A stretch of 61,137 nucleotides of DNA. Source: a virus. Lineage: Duplodnaviria > Caudoviricetes. The notes beneath the pieces were generated by a model, which saw nothing but the letters and a program-made list of their open reading frames with translations, had not been told where the DNA came from and ran no database searches. The DNA lies in the IMG/VR virus record IMGVR_UViG_3300020732_000001, positions 1-61,137 of that record; one strand, 5' to 3'. This document shows positions 43,510-53,575 of the stretch, piece by piece; the stretch's first letter is position 1; the number at the start of each line of letters is the position of its first letter. Both the position numbers and the translations under genes were made by a program.

Positions 43510-45004
43510 AGAAATAAAAAGGCTGTTAGATATTCTTGAGCTTCTTCCAGATGAAGAGAAGGCTCCGATTGTTCCAATAGCAAATGCTTATTTAGCTTCG
43601 TTGACGAAGGAACAAGGTGAGATTGACTTTATGAGTTTTGTACAGACGATGTGGCCAGGGTTTATACATGGCGAACATCATGCTTTGATGGCAGCTAAAT
43701 TTGAGGAGATTGCTAGTGGAAAAATTAAACGACTTATTATCAATATGCCTCCTCGGCATACTAAGTCTGAATTTGCTTCTTACCTGTTACCTGCTTGGTA
43801 TTTGGGTAAATTCCCCAATAAGAAAATTATTCAATGCTCGAACACGGCAGAACTAGCCGTAGGATTTGGTAGGAAGGTGAGGAACTTAGTTGATGGAGAA
43901 AATTATGGAAAAGTATTTCCCAATGTATCTCTTCGGTCGGATAGTAAAGCTGCTGGTCGTTGGTCCACCAATGCTAATGGTGAGTATTTTGCTATTGGTG
44001 TTGGTGGTACTGTTACTGGTAAGGGAGCTGATTTACTCATTATCGATGATCCTCATTCAGAACAGGAAGCTGCGTTGGCAGCAGGAGATCCTTCGGTTTT
44101 TGATAAGGTTTACGAGTGGTATACGTCAGGTCCACGTCAGCGTTTACAACCTGGTGGTTCGATTGTTGTAGTGATGACTCGCTGGTCAAAAAGAGATTTG
44201 ACTGGCAAAATTTGTCAGGCGATGATTGACCGAGATGGTGATGAATGGGAAATTATCAGCCTTCCAGCAATTAAGCGAAATGAAAAACCATTATGGCCAG
44301 AGTTCTGGAGTTACGATGAACTGTGTAAGCTACGGATTGAATTACCTTTATCCAAGTGGCAAGCTCAGTATCAGCAGGATCCAACAAGTGAAGAAGGTGC
44401 GATTGTTAAAAGAGAGTGGTGGCAAGTGTGGGAAAAGGAGACACCACCTCCATGTCACTATATAATCCAGTCATGGGATACGGCATTTACGAAAAGTGAG
44501 CGAGCCGACTATTCAGCCTGTACAACTTGGGGAGTATTTTATTTAAATGAAAACGAGCAAGACCCACATATTATTTTATTGGATGCACTTAAAGAGCGTA
44601 TGGAGTTCCCCACTCTTAAAGAAAGAGCCTACGAAATGTACAAGGATTGGCAACCTGACAGCTTTATTGTTGAAGCGAAAGCGTCTGGTGCTCCCCTTAT
44701 ATTTGAGCTTAGACGAATGGGAATACCTGTTCAAGAGTTTACACCGACTAGGGGAAACGATAAAATATCTAGGGTTAATAGCGTATCAGATTTGTTTGCT
44801 AGTGGTAAGGTATGGGCACCAAGAAAAAGATGGGCTGAAGAAGTCGTAGAAGAGCTGGCAGCATTTCCAAACTCAGATCACGATGACTTGGTAGACTCAA
44901 CCACACAAGCTTTGTTAAGATTCAGAAGAGGTGGATTTATCACTTTACAAAGTGATGAGCCAGATGAGCCTAAAGAATTTAGGCGTAAACGTGCATATTA
45001 TTAA
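43502..45004 (+). CDS. terL: Terminase large subunit
   Basis: NMPPRHTKSE, IIDDP, QSWDTAF, HDDLVDS. Confidence 0.95.
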   Translation: MDEEIKRLLDILELLPDEEKAPIVPIANAYLASLTKEQGEIDFMSFVQTMWPGFIHGEHHALMAAKFEEIASGKIKRLIINMPPRHTKSEFASYLLPAWYLGKFPNKKIIQCSNTAELAVGFGRKVRNLVDGENYGKVFPNVSLRSDSKAAGRWSTNANGEYFAIGVGGTVTGKGADLLIIDDPHSEQEAALAAGDPSVFDKVYEWYTSGPRQRLQPGGSIVVVMTRWSKRDLTGKICQAMIDRDGDEWEIISLPAIKRNEKPLWPEFWSYDELCKLRIELPLSKWQAQYQQDPTSEEGAIVKREWWQVWEKETPPPCHYIIQSWDTAFTKSERADYSACTTWGVFYLNENEQDPHIILLDALKERMEFPTLKERAYEMYKDWQPDSFIVEAKASGAPLIFELRRMGIPVQEFTPTRGNDKISRVNSVSDLFASGKVWAPRKRWAEEVVEELAAFPNSDHDDLVDSTTQALLRFRRGGFITLQSDEPDEPKEFRRKRAYY

Positions 45005-45012
45005 GGATTCAT

Positions 45013-47529
45013 ATGTCAATAGATAAAGCCCTGTATCAAGCCCCACAAGGTTTAGCAGCCATCGATGGACCAGATGTTGAAATTGAGATTGTCGATCCAG
45101 AAGAAGTAGACATCAAAATGGATGGCGTAGAAGTCCAACTCGGTGGTGAGTCTATTGAAGACTTTGACGCTAATTTGGCGGAATATGTTCCTGAATCGGT
45201 CTTAACGCAAATCGCTGGTGATCTCATGGGAGATTTTCAGTCCGACATTGATTCTCGTAAAGACTGGATACAGACTTATGTGGATGGTTTAGAGTTACTT
45301 GGACTCAAGATTGAAGAACGCTCAGAGCCGTGGGAAGGTGCTTGTGGAGTTTACCATCCTGTTTTGGCAGAAGCGGTGATTAAGTTTCAGTCAGAGACCA
45401 TTATGGAAACTTTTCCAGCAAGTGGTCCTGTTAAGGGTGAGATAGTCGGTAAAGAAACCCAAGACAAAAAAGATGCAATGGGTAGAGTGGTAGAAGATAT
45501 GAACCATCAGCTAGTGGATGTGATGCAAGAATATCGCCCAGAACATGAACGTATGCTTTGGGGAGTAGGACTTTCAGGTAATGGATTTAAGAAAGTCTAT
45601 GTTGATCCAACGCTAGATCGTCAGGTTTCGATGTATATTCCAGCAGAAGACTTAGTTGTTCCGTATGGTGCGAGTAGTCTTGAGGCGGCTGAAAGAATTA
45701 CCCATGTGATGCGTAAGACTGAAAGTGAGATGAATCACTTGATTTATGCAGGATTTTACAGAGATATTAGTTTAGGAACACCAGATAACATTCTGGATGA
45801 AGTAGAAAAGAAGATAGCAGAAAAGTTAGGGTTTAGAGCAACAACGGATGACCGTTTTAAGATCTTAGAAATGCATGTGCATTTAGATTTACCTGGCTTT
45901 GAACATAAAGATAAGGCAGGAGCTGAAACTGGAATCGCTCTTCCGTATGTTGTAACGATTGAAAAAGCCAATGGAATGATATTGGCAATTCGTAGAAACT
46001 GGAGAGAAGATGACAAGACACACCAAAAAAGACAACATTTTGTTCATTATGGTTATATTCCTGGTTTTGGTTTTTACCACTTTGGGCTTATACACCTTAT
46101 TGGGGCTTTTGCCAAATCTGGAACTTCTATTTTAAGACAGTTAGTTGATGCAGGATCCTTGTCTAATCTTCCAGGAGGCTTTAAAACTCGTGGATTACGA
46201 GTCAAAGGCGATGATACACCGATAGCTCCAGGCGAATTTAGAGACGTAGATGTACCATCTGGCACGATGAAAGACAACATTATGCCGTTGCCGTACAAAG
46301 AACCAAGCCAAACATTGATGGCATTGCTCAATCAGATCGTGGAAGAGGGTAGAAGGTTTGCTTCTAGTGGCGATTTGAAGGCAAGTGACATGAGTAGCCA
46401 GTCACCAGTCGGTACAACGCTGGCAATTTTGGAAAGAACCTTGAAAGTCATGAGTGCGATACAAGCTCGTATCCACTATTCAATGAAACAAGAGTTCAAA
46501 TTACTTAAAGAGATTATTGCTGACTACGCTCCAGAGGATTATTCCTTTGAACCTGATACTGGAGACCGTAAAGCTCGTAGATCTGACTATGAAATGGTCA
46601 ATATTATCCCTGTAAGCGACCCTAATGCGGCTACTATGAGCCAAAAAGTGGTGCAATATCAGGCAGTTTTACAGCTTTCACAGACTGCACCCCAGCTTTA
46701 TAACTTACCTTATCTACATAGACAGATGTTAGAAGTGATTGGGATAAAAAATGCAGAAAAATTGGTGCCAATGCAAGAAGATATGAAGCCAACGGACCCT
46801 ATTACGGAGAATATGAACGCTTTAAAGAATAAACCACTCAAGGCTTTCATGTATCAAGACCATCAAGCTCATATTCAAATCCACATGGCTGCATTAAATG
46901 ATCCAAAAATCAAACAAGTCATTGGTCAAAACCCACAAGCACCACAAATTATGCAAGCTTTACAGTCACATATTACCGAGCATGTGGGAATGGAGTATAT
47001 GAGACAGATGCAAGAGCAAATGGGTATCCAAATTCCTTATTCTGATAATGAAGATGATGATATTAAGTTAACACCAGAACAAGAAATGCAGATTACTCGC
47101 ATGGCTGTACCAGCTGCACAGAATATTCTAGGTCAAAATAAAACTGCTCAAGCTGCACAACAAGCTCAACAAGCTGCACAAGATCCAATTATCCAGATGC
47201 AGATGAAAGAATTACAGTTAAAGGCACAAGAAATTGATATTAAGCAGAAGAAGATGCAAATTGATGCGGCTAAAGGTGCTGATCAGATTGAAATTGAAAA
47301 AATGCGTATTGCAGCCCAAAAAGAAATTGCTGGTATGCAGATTGGAGCTAAAACAAGATCTGATAGAGAGTCTTTAGAAGCCAAACAACAGTTAGAAGGT
47401 ATGAAGTTAGGTCATCAAATTGGTAATGCAAAAGCCCAAATGAATCAACAACGCCAAAGTCAAAAACTTCAGGTAACAGCTGATTTATATAAAAACGCTA
47501 AACAACTTAAAAAAAAGGAAATTAAATGA
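45013..47529 (+). CDS. Portal protein (P22-like)
   Basis: 838 aa directly after TerL; GFKKVY, PVGTTLAI and a Gln-rich barrel-like C-terminus. Confidence 0.85.
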   Translation: MSIDKALYQAPQGLAAIDGPDVEIEIVDPEEVDIKMDGVEVQLGGESIEDFDANLAEYVPESVLTQIAGDLMGDFQSDIDSRKDWIQTYVDGLELLGLKIEERSEPWEGACGVYHPVLAEAVIKFQSETIMETFPASGPVKGEIVGKETQDKKDAMGRVVEDMNHQLVDVMQEYRPEHERMLWGVGLSGNGFKKVYVDPTLDRQVSMYIPAEDLVVPYGASSLEAAERITHVMRKTESEMNHLIYAGFYRDISLGTPDNILDEVEKKIAEKLGFRATTDDRFKILEMHVHLDLPGFEHKDKAGAETGIALPYVVTIEKANGMILAIRRNWREDDKTHQKRQHFVHYGYIPGFGFYHFGLIHLIGAFAKSGTSILRQLVDAGSLSNLPGGFKTRGLRVKGDDTPIAPGEFRDVDVPSGTMKDNIMPLPYKEPSQTLMALLNQIVEEGRRFASSGDLKASDMSSQSPVGTTLAILERTLKVMSAIQARIHYSMKQEFKLLKEIIADYAPEDYSFEPDTGDRKARRSDYEMVNIIPVSDPNAATMSQKVVQYQAVLQLSQTAPQLYNLPYLHRQMLEVIGIKNAEKLVPMQEDMKPTDPITENMNALKNKPLKAFMYQDHQAHIQIHMAALNDPKIKQVIGQNPQAPQIMQALQSHITEHVGMEYMRQMQEQMGIQIPYSDNEDDDIKLTPEQEMQITRMAVPAAQNILGQNKTAQAAQQAQQAAQDPIIQMQMKELQLKAQEIDIKQKKMQIDAAKGADQIEIEKMRIAAQKEIAGMQIGAKTRSDRESLEAKQQLEGMKLGHQIGNAKAQMNQQRQSQKLQVTADLYKNAKQLKKKEIK

Positions 47530-47720
47530 AAGAAAAAATACTAGATCATCTTCTCAAACAGATTGATGACAAAGTAAAGATTCTTGAAGAGGCTCTGGGA
47601 ATCGGTGAAGCCAAAGACTATGCCGATTACCAAAGAATGTGTGGTGAGATACATGGTCTGCTCACGATGCGTAGAAATATCATAGACCTTAAATCAAGAC
47701 TGGAGAATTTCGATGAGTAA
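47526..47720 (+). CDS. Hypothetical protein
   Basis: Y..MCGEIHGL motif. Confidence 0.7.
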   Translation: MKEKILDHLLKQIDDKVKILEEALGIGEAKDYADYQRMCGEIHGLLTMRRNIIDLKSRLENFDE

Positions 47721-48123
47721 AATCCTAATCGGCTCAAACACCGATGATGTGAACGCAACAACAACCCTGCCTCAAACAGCAGAAGAAAAAGCAAAGCAGT
47801 TACCTGAACCAATGGGTTATCGCATGTTGGTAGCAATACCAGATGCAGAAAAAGAACATAGTGGTGGAATTCTAAAAGCAGACCAAACTCTGCACATGGA
47901 AGAAGTTTTATCTACTGTATTCTTTGTTTTAAAAATGGGACCTGATTGTTATCAAGATGAGAAGCGTTTCCCAAATGGTCCGTGGTGTAAAGTCGGTGAC
48001 TTTGTTCTAGCCAGACCCAATACTGGCACTCGCCTAAAGATTCATGGCAGAGAATTCCGATTAATCAATGATGATTCTGTCGAGGCAGTAGTGGATGATC
48101 CTCGTGGAATTACAAGAGCTTAA
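47713..48123 (+). CDS. GroES/Cpn10-like co-chaperonin
   Basis: PMGYRMLV..SGGIL..VLKMGP..KVGDFV..GREFRLINDDSVEAVV. Confidence 0.85.
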   Translation: MSKILIGSNTDDVNATTTLPQTAEEKAKQLPEPMGYRMLVAIPDAEKEHSGGILKADQTLHMEEVLSTVFFVLKMGPDCYQDEKRFPNGPWCKVGDFVLARPNTGTRLKIHGREFRLINDDSVEAVVDDPRGITRA

Positions 48124-48133
48124 GGAGAACACA

Positions 48134-49072
48134 ATGGCTGAATTTGAAAAACAAGATTTTTCGTTTTTAAGTGAAGATATTGAAGATGAAAAAGTTGAAA
48201 TCGAAGTTGTCGATGATACTCCAGAGGAAGATCGGATTAATGCTGCACCGATGCCAAAGGAAATTGTTGATGAGTTTGAAGCTGACGATTTAGAGTCTTA
48301 CTCTAAAGAAGCTAAACAACGCATTCTTCAAGCAAAAAAACTGTTAAATGACGAGCGTAGGGCTAAAGAAGCAGCTCTCAGAGAAAACGAAGAAGCTATT
48401 CGTCTTGCTAATACCATTATTAATGAGAATAAGATTTTAAAAAGTCGACTTTCTGATGGTGAAAAAGTCTATGTTAATACGGCTAAAGAGAAGTTAGCCT
48501 CTGACTTAGATAAGGCAAGAAGAGAATATAAAGAAGCGTATGACTCTGGTGATGCTGAAAGATTGGTCGAAGCTCAAGAGCGATTAACAGAAGTGCAGTT
48601 TAAAGCTCAAGAGATGGAAAGATATCGCCCACAATACGATGAAAATGCTTTACAATCATCTGTAAATGAGGTACAAATACCTCAAGAGCAGGACCAACCT
48701 GCACGACTGGACTCAAAAACCCAAGCGTGGCTTGACAAAAACAAGTGGTATGGTACTGACGATGATATGAGTTTTCTCGCTATGGGCATACATAAGCGAC
48801 TAGAAAGGGAAGGGGCCCCACTAGGCTCCGATTACTACTGGTCTACTATTGATGCAGAAATGAGAAAACGATTCCCTGAAAAGTTTGGGGAAGTAGAGAC
48901 CAAAACCTTTACAACAACTCGCAAAAGCACGGTAGTTGCACCAGCAACGAGATCTACCTCTTCAAAAAAGATTACTTTAAATACTCGACAACTGGATCTG
49001 TGTAAGAAATTAAAAATTTCACCAGAGCAATATTTTAATGCATATGTAAAATCGGAGTCCCAAAATGGCTGA
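48134..49072 (+). CDS. Putative scaffolding protein
   Basis: Acidic coiled coil between portal and capsid; RBS AAGGAG. Confidence 0.65.
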   Translation: MAEFEKQDFSFLSEDIEDEKVEIEVVDDTPEEDRINAAPMPKEIVDEFEADDLESYSKEAKQRILQAKKLLNDERRAKEAALRENEEAIRLANTIINENKILKSRLSDGEKVYVNTAKEKLASDLDKARREYKEAYDSGDAERLVEAQERLTEVQFKAQEMERYRPQYDENALQSSVNEVQIPQEQDQPARLDSKTQAWLDKNKWYGTDDDMSFLAMGIHKRLEREGAPLGSDYYWSTIDAEMRKRFPEKFGEVETKTFTTTRKSTVVAPATRSTSSKKITLNTRQLDLCKKLKISPEQYFNAYVKSESQNG

Positions 49073-49517
49073 ACAAAATCGTAATAACCGTGAAATAGAA
49101 ACTAGACAACAAACTGTGAGACCAATGGCTTGGAGACCTCCAGAGTTGTTACCTGAACCAGACAAGCAAGCAGGATTTGCTTATCGCTGGGTTAGGGTTT
49201 CGATGCTTAACAACGCTGACCCTCGTAATCTCTCTTCAAAACTGAGAGAAGGCTGGGAACCAGTCAGAGCGGAAGAGCAACCGAAATATGGCATGTTAAC
49301 TGATCCTGATAGTCGATACAAAGACAATATTGAGATTGGTGGTTTATTACTCTGCAAGATACCTGAAGAGTTTGTACAGGCGAGATTTGATTATGAGGCA
49401 AATCAAACCCAGGCGAATGCAGATGCAGTAGATAATAGTTTTTTAAGGCAAAGCGACTCTCGTATGCCTCTGTTCCAAGAACGGAAGTCTACGGTTAGTT
49501 TTGGAAATCGTTCATAA
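49065..49517 (+). CDS. Head-morphogenesis hypothetical protein
   Basis: YRWVR..REGWEPV..IGGLLLCK. Confidence 0.7.
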   Translation: MAEQNRNNREIETRQQTVRPMAWRPPELLPEPDKQAGFAYRWVRVSMLNNADPRNLSSKLREGWEPVRAEEQPKYGMLTDPDSRYKDNIEIGGLLLCKIPEEFVQARFDYEANQTQANADAVDNSFLRQSDSRMPLFQERKSTVSFGNRS

Positions 49518-49532
49518 TTTTAGGAGAATTAT

Positions 49533-50417
49533 ATGGCTTATCCTACAGTAGCAGGTCCATACGGACTAAAGCCAGTTAACTTGATTGGTGGTCGTGTATA
49601 TGCTGGTTCTACTCGCATGTTCCCTATCGTCAATGGCTATGCAACTAGTTTGTACAACGGTGACGTTGTAACAATTGGTTCAAGTGCAAGTAATACTGGT
49701 ACATTAATTGCAACAACTTTAGCTTACAACACAACTACTGCTGAAACTGGCACGATTGGTGTTTTTGTTGGTTGTGAATATTCAACAACTGGCGGTCCAA
49801 TTTATGGTAAGAATCGTTACCAATATTGGCAAGGTGCTACATCAGCTCCTGACGCTATTGGTTATGTTGTTGATGATCCACAAGCTGTGTTCCAAACTGT
49901 AGTGTTATCTAGCACAGGTAGCTCAACATCTGGTTCAACAACTATCCAGTACATTAACCCAGCTTTCGTTGGTTCTAATGCTTATTACATTGGTAACGCA
50001 CAAGGAAATACTGGTTCTACAACAACAGGTGATTCATATGCTGGTATCGCTGTAGCAACTGCTGCAACTAGTACTTCTGCTATTACTCCTGTAACTGCAA
50101 CTGCACCATTCAAGATCGTTCAAGTTGTAACTGCATCAGCTGTTACTGTGACACAAAATGCTACAACATCTAGCACAACTGTTACTTTATCTGCTGCAAA
50201 TACACAGATCCTTCCTGGTATGGTCATTTCAGGTCCTGGTATTAACCCAGGTAGCAATACCTATGTAACAACAGTAAACGGCACAACTGTGACGATCAAC
50301 AAAGCTGTAACAACAGCCCAGTCGACTGCAACACAGTATTCATTCACAGGCTATCCAGAAGCGTTGGTAACTTGGAACGCAGGTTTCCATAGTTATTTCA
50401 ATTCAACTGGTGTTTAA
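49533..50417 (+). CDS. Capsid decoration/cement-like protein
   Basis: PYGLKPV..GVFVGCEY..VVDDP; immediately before the major capsid gene. Confidence 0.6.
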   Translation: MAYPTVAGPYGLKPVNLIGGRVYAGSTRMFPIVNGYATSLYNGDVVTIGSSASNTGTLIATTLAYNTTTAETGTIGVFVGCEYSTTGGPIYGKNRYQYWQGATSAPDAIGYVVDDPQAVFQTVVLSSTGSSTSGSTTIQYINPAFVGSNAYYIGNAQGNTGSTTTGDSYAGIAVATAATSTSAITPVTATAPFKIVQVVTASAVTVTQNATTSSTTVTLSAANTQILPGMVISGPGINPGSNTYVTTVNGTTVTINKAVTTAQSTATQYSFTGYPEALVTWNAGFHSYFNSTGV

Positions 50418-50432
50418 TTAAGGAGCATTTAA

Positions 50433-51335
50433 ATGGCTATTTCTCGTGCACAACTATTAAAAGAGCTATTACCTGGATTAAACGCTTTGTTTGGTCTTGA
50501 ATATGCTCGTTACGGTGAAGAACATAAAGAAGTTTATGAAATCGAAACTTCTGAGCGTTCTTTTGAAGAAGAAACAAAACTGTCAGGCTTCTCAGCTGCT
50601 CCAGTCAAAAACGAAGGTCAAGCCATCGCTTATGACAACGGACAAGAAGCATGGACAGCTCGTTATAACCACGAAACTATCGCTCTTGGTTTCAGCTTAA
50701 CTGAAGAGGCAATCGAAGATAACTTGTACGATTCTCTCTCTGGTCGCTATACCAAAGCTTTGGCTCGTGCAATGGCTTACACCAAACAGGTTAAGGCTGC
50801 TGCTGTATTAAACAACGGTTTCAATAGCCAATTCACTTATGGTGACGGTCAGCCTTTGTTCTCTACTGCACACCCATTAATCTCTGGCGGTGTTAACGCC
50901 AACACTCCATCAACTCCTGCTGACTTGAACGAAACTGCATTGGAAAATGCTGTTATTCAAATCGCTGCATGGACTGATGAGCGTGGTTTATTAATTGCTG
51001 CAAAACCGAAGAAGTTGATTGTTCCACCTGCACTCCAGTTCGTAGCAACTCGTTTGTTAGATACTGAACTTCGTGTTGGTACAAACAACAACGACATCAA
51101 CGCAATTAAGAACAACGGTTCTGTTCCAGAAGGTTATGCAATTAACCACTTCTTGACAGCAACTAATGCATGGTTCTTGACTACTGATGTTCCTAACGGT
51201 CTTAAGATGTTCGTAAGAACACCTTTACAGAACTCAATGGATGGTGACTTCGATACAGGTAACGTACGTTACAAGTCTCGTGAGCGTTATTCTTTTGGTG
51301 TCTCTGATCCATTAGGTATCTACGGTTCTTACTAA
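50433..51335 (+). CDS. Major capsid protein (Mu gpT-like)
   Basis: MAISRAQLLKELLPGLNALFG..GDGQPLFSTAHPL..RYKSRERYSFG. Confidence 0.9.
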   Translation: MAISRAQLLKELLPGLNALFGLEYARYGEEHKEVYEIETSERSFEEETKLSGFSAAPVKNEGQAIAYDNGQEAWTARYNHETIALGFSLTEEAIEDNLYDSLSGRYTKALARAMAYTKQVKAAAVLNNGFNSQFTYGDGQPLFSTAHPLISGGVNANTPSTPADLNETALENAVIQIAAWTDERGLLIAAKPKKLIVPPALQFVATRLLDTELRVGTNNNDINAIKNNGSVPEGYAINHFLTATNAWFLTTDVPNGLKMFVRTPLQNSMDGDFDTGNVRYKSRERYSFGVSDPLGIYGSY

Positions 51336-51360
51336 GGTTATTTCCTTTGTGAGAGGACTT

Positions 51361-51390
51361 GTCCCCAGCCTAAAAACTGGGGATTTTTTT
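51361..51390 (+). terminator. Rho-independent terminator after the major capsid gene
   Basis: GTCCCCAG/CTGGGGAT stem followed by a T run. Confidence 0.8.
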
Positions 51391-51436
51391 ATAAAAAAGA
51401 TTGCACAAATTTATAGAAGTAGTAAACTAATGATTA

Positions 51437-51504
51437 CTGGGTGATCAACTATTCCACTACTGCCCCAGCAGACAATGCAATGATCGGAATAGTTACTTTT
51501 GCAT
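51437..51504 (+). ncRNA. Pseudoknotted RNA downstream of the gpT-like capsid gene (possible Mu-gpT-DE motif)
   Basis: Interlocking stems CTGGG/CCCAG, AACTATTCC/GGAATAGTT and ATGCAA/TTGCAT; position fits the described motif. Confidence 0.55.
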
Positions 51505-51516
51505 AAGGAGACCATT

Positions 51517-52227
51517 ATGGGTCGTAGTACATTTGAAGGACCAATTTTATCTGGTGACAATCGTTTTGGACCACAACGTGACGTTGGTCCAGCTTTGTTA
51601 GCACAACAAGCATTTTTAGATTTCTCTGTAACTTCACCTGGTGCAAGTTATGGTGGTGGATCTGGTGTATTTGTTAGTTCAAATAACATTCCTAACTCAG
51701 CTGCTGTTATTTATACTCCACAAAATGGTTCATATAGCACATCAGGACCAACAGTCGCTTCAGCTCCTACAGCCGATGCAACAACAACTGTTTATCGTGG
51801 CGTATCTTTTTTAATTCCACAAGGTTCAAACATTACTGATGTAATTTTGGATATTGGAACAATTCCTAAAGATTCAGCTGGAACACCTTTAGCTGTAACT
51901 GCAATTCAACCATATGTTTCTAATAACTTTGCAACTTCTACTGGCGTATACGCAACATTTGCTAATATTTCTAGCCCAGCTGCACAGCGTTATACGGCAA
52001 CATTTGTTGGAACGCAATTAGATTATGCTTATGGTACATTGCAAGACGTTCAAAATATTCAACCAGGTCAGCAACCTTCATGGTTTAGTCAAGTTGTAGT
52101 TACTTTAAAAATGACTACTTCCGTTGCTGGTTTGTCTTCTGGTCAAGTTGCTATTACATTAAAGTATGCACAACAAGACATGAATATTGGTAATGCTACA
52201 ACTTACCCATACGGTAACTTTGACTAA
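51517..52227 (+). CDS. Virion structural protein
   Basis: MGRSTFEGPI start after RBS AAGGAG. Confidence 0.7.
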   Translation: MGRSTFEGPILSGDNRFGPQRDVGPALLAQQAFLDFSVTSPGASYGGGSGVFVSSNNIPNSAAVIYTPQNGSYSTSGPTVASAPTADATTTVYRGVSFLIPQGSNITDVILDIGTIPKDSAGTPLAVTAIQPYVSNNFATSTGVYATFANISSPAAQRYTATFVGTQLDYAYGTLQDVQNIQPGQQPSWFSQVVVTLKMTTSVAGLSSGQVAITLKYAQQDMNIGNATTYPYGNFD

Positions 52228-52237
52228 TTAATCCGAT

Positions 52238-52259
52238 AGGGGGCTACGGTCCCCTTTTT
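52238..52259 (+). terminator. Hairpin/terminator with cUACGg tetraloop
   Basis: AGGGGGC-TACG-GTCCCCT-TTTT. Confidence 0.6.
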
Positions 52260-52278
52260 AAAATTTTAGGAGATTAAT

Positions 52279-53073
52279 ATGGCACAAAGCCCAAATGGAA
52301 TACCAAGTACCAATAATTCGGTAATGTCTATCACTCGTTCTGCGAGAACAGAGCCATTTGATTTACAAGTTTCTCGTGGTCAGATTGCTGGGCATCAAAC
52401 ATTAAGTCTATTTGGATATCAATCTGCAGTAGGTAATACACAAATTCCTGTTTGGGAAAATGCTACTACTTATACATATCCAGCTTCAGCTGCAACTGTA
52501 ACTGTGGCTAGTTCTTCAACATCCGATGTAGCTCCAGCAGCCGTACAAATTAACGGACTTGATGCAAACTTTAATCCAATATCTGAAATAATTGTTTTAA
52601 CTGGTCAAACAGGTGTTGTTAGTTCTAATAAATATTTGCGTGTAAACAGCATGCTTATGGTTGGAGTTGCTTCTGGTCAGACTTCAAATGCTGGAATAAT
52701 TACTGCTAAAAATGCTGGTGCAACTGCAACTTATGCACAGATAAATACTGGCATTGGTAAATCACAAAGCACAATCTATACTGTGCCAGCAGGATTTTCA
52801 TTCTATTTAGACTTTGCTGAAGTAAATACATCGAATAGTTATACATCATCAAACATTGTTACTTATTCTGTACAAGCAATTAATAACGTAACTGGCGTGA
52901 AATTAAATGTGTTACAACAGCCATTTGTTTCTATTTACACAGCCAATAGATCTTCTGATCCATTTATTTATACAGAAAAAACGGATATTCAATGGCAGTT
53001 AGTAACAAGTACAGCAACGACTATTGCAGCTGGCGTTATTATTGCTGGCAAACTAATTTCTAATGGTATCTAA
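52279..53073 (+). CDS. Beta-rich virion structural protein
   Basis: LQVSRGQI..GLDAN..YTVPAG..EKTDI. Confidence 0.65.
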   Translation: MAQSPNGIPSTNNSVMSITRSARTEPFDLQVSRGQIAGHQTLSLFGYQSAVGNTQIPVWENATTYTYPASAATVTVASSSTSDVAPAAVQINGLDANFNPISEIIVLTGQTGVVSSNKYLRVNSMLMVGVASGQTSNAGIITAKNAGATATYAQINTGIGKSQSTIYTVPAGFSFYLDFAEVNTSNSYTSSNIVTYSVQAINNVTGVKLNVLQQPFVSIYTANRSSDPFIYTEKTDIQWQLVTSTATTIAAGVIIAGKLISNGI

Positions 53074-53075
53074 TC

Positions 53076-53324
53076 ATGGCTACGACACCAGCTTGGCAAC
53101 GTAAAGAAGGTAAAAATCCTAGTGGTGGTTTGAATGCCAAAGGAAGAGCTTCTTATAACAAAGAGCATGGTGCACATTTAAAAGCTCCACAACCAGAAGG
53201 TGGCAGCCGTAAAAAGTCCTTCTGTGCTCGCATGGAAGGAATGAAGAAGCGTTTAACAAGTGCTGAAACTGCAAATGATCCTAATTCAAGAATCAACAAA
53301 AGTTTAAGGAAGTGGAAATGTTAA
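53076..53324 (+). CDS. Small basic virion protein (KSFCARM/DUF6321-like)
   Basis: GGLNAKGRA..RKKSFCARM..LRKWKC. Confidence 0.7.
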   Translation: MATTPAWQRKEGKNPSGGLNAKGRASYNKEHGAHLKAPQPEGGSRKKSFCARMEGMKKRLTSAETANDPNSRINKSLRKWKC

Positions 53325-53575
53325 ATGATGCAATAATGCCATTTTGGAATGCAGTATTAACTATACTTATTGCAATCGTTGGTTTTATAATGAAAGAAAA
53401 ATTTCACGAGTTAGATCGTTTGAATATTTTATTAAACAAGACTCGTGAAGAAGTTGCTCGTGATACAGTAACACAAGCTGAATTAAGTAAGATTATGGAC
53501 CACATCGATACGAGATTTAATCGTTTGGAAGATAAAATTAACGAATTAATACGAGGTAGTAATGCCAAGTCATAG
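53318..53575 (+). CDS. TM plus coiled-coil protein
   Basis: N-terminal TM; LLNKTREE..RLEDKI. Confidence 0.65.
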   Translation: MLNDAIMPFWNAVLTILIAIVGFIMKEKFHELDRLNILLNKTREEVARDTVTQAELSKIMDHIDTRFNRLEDKINELIRGSNAKS

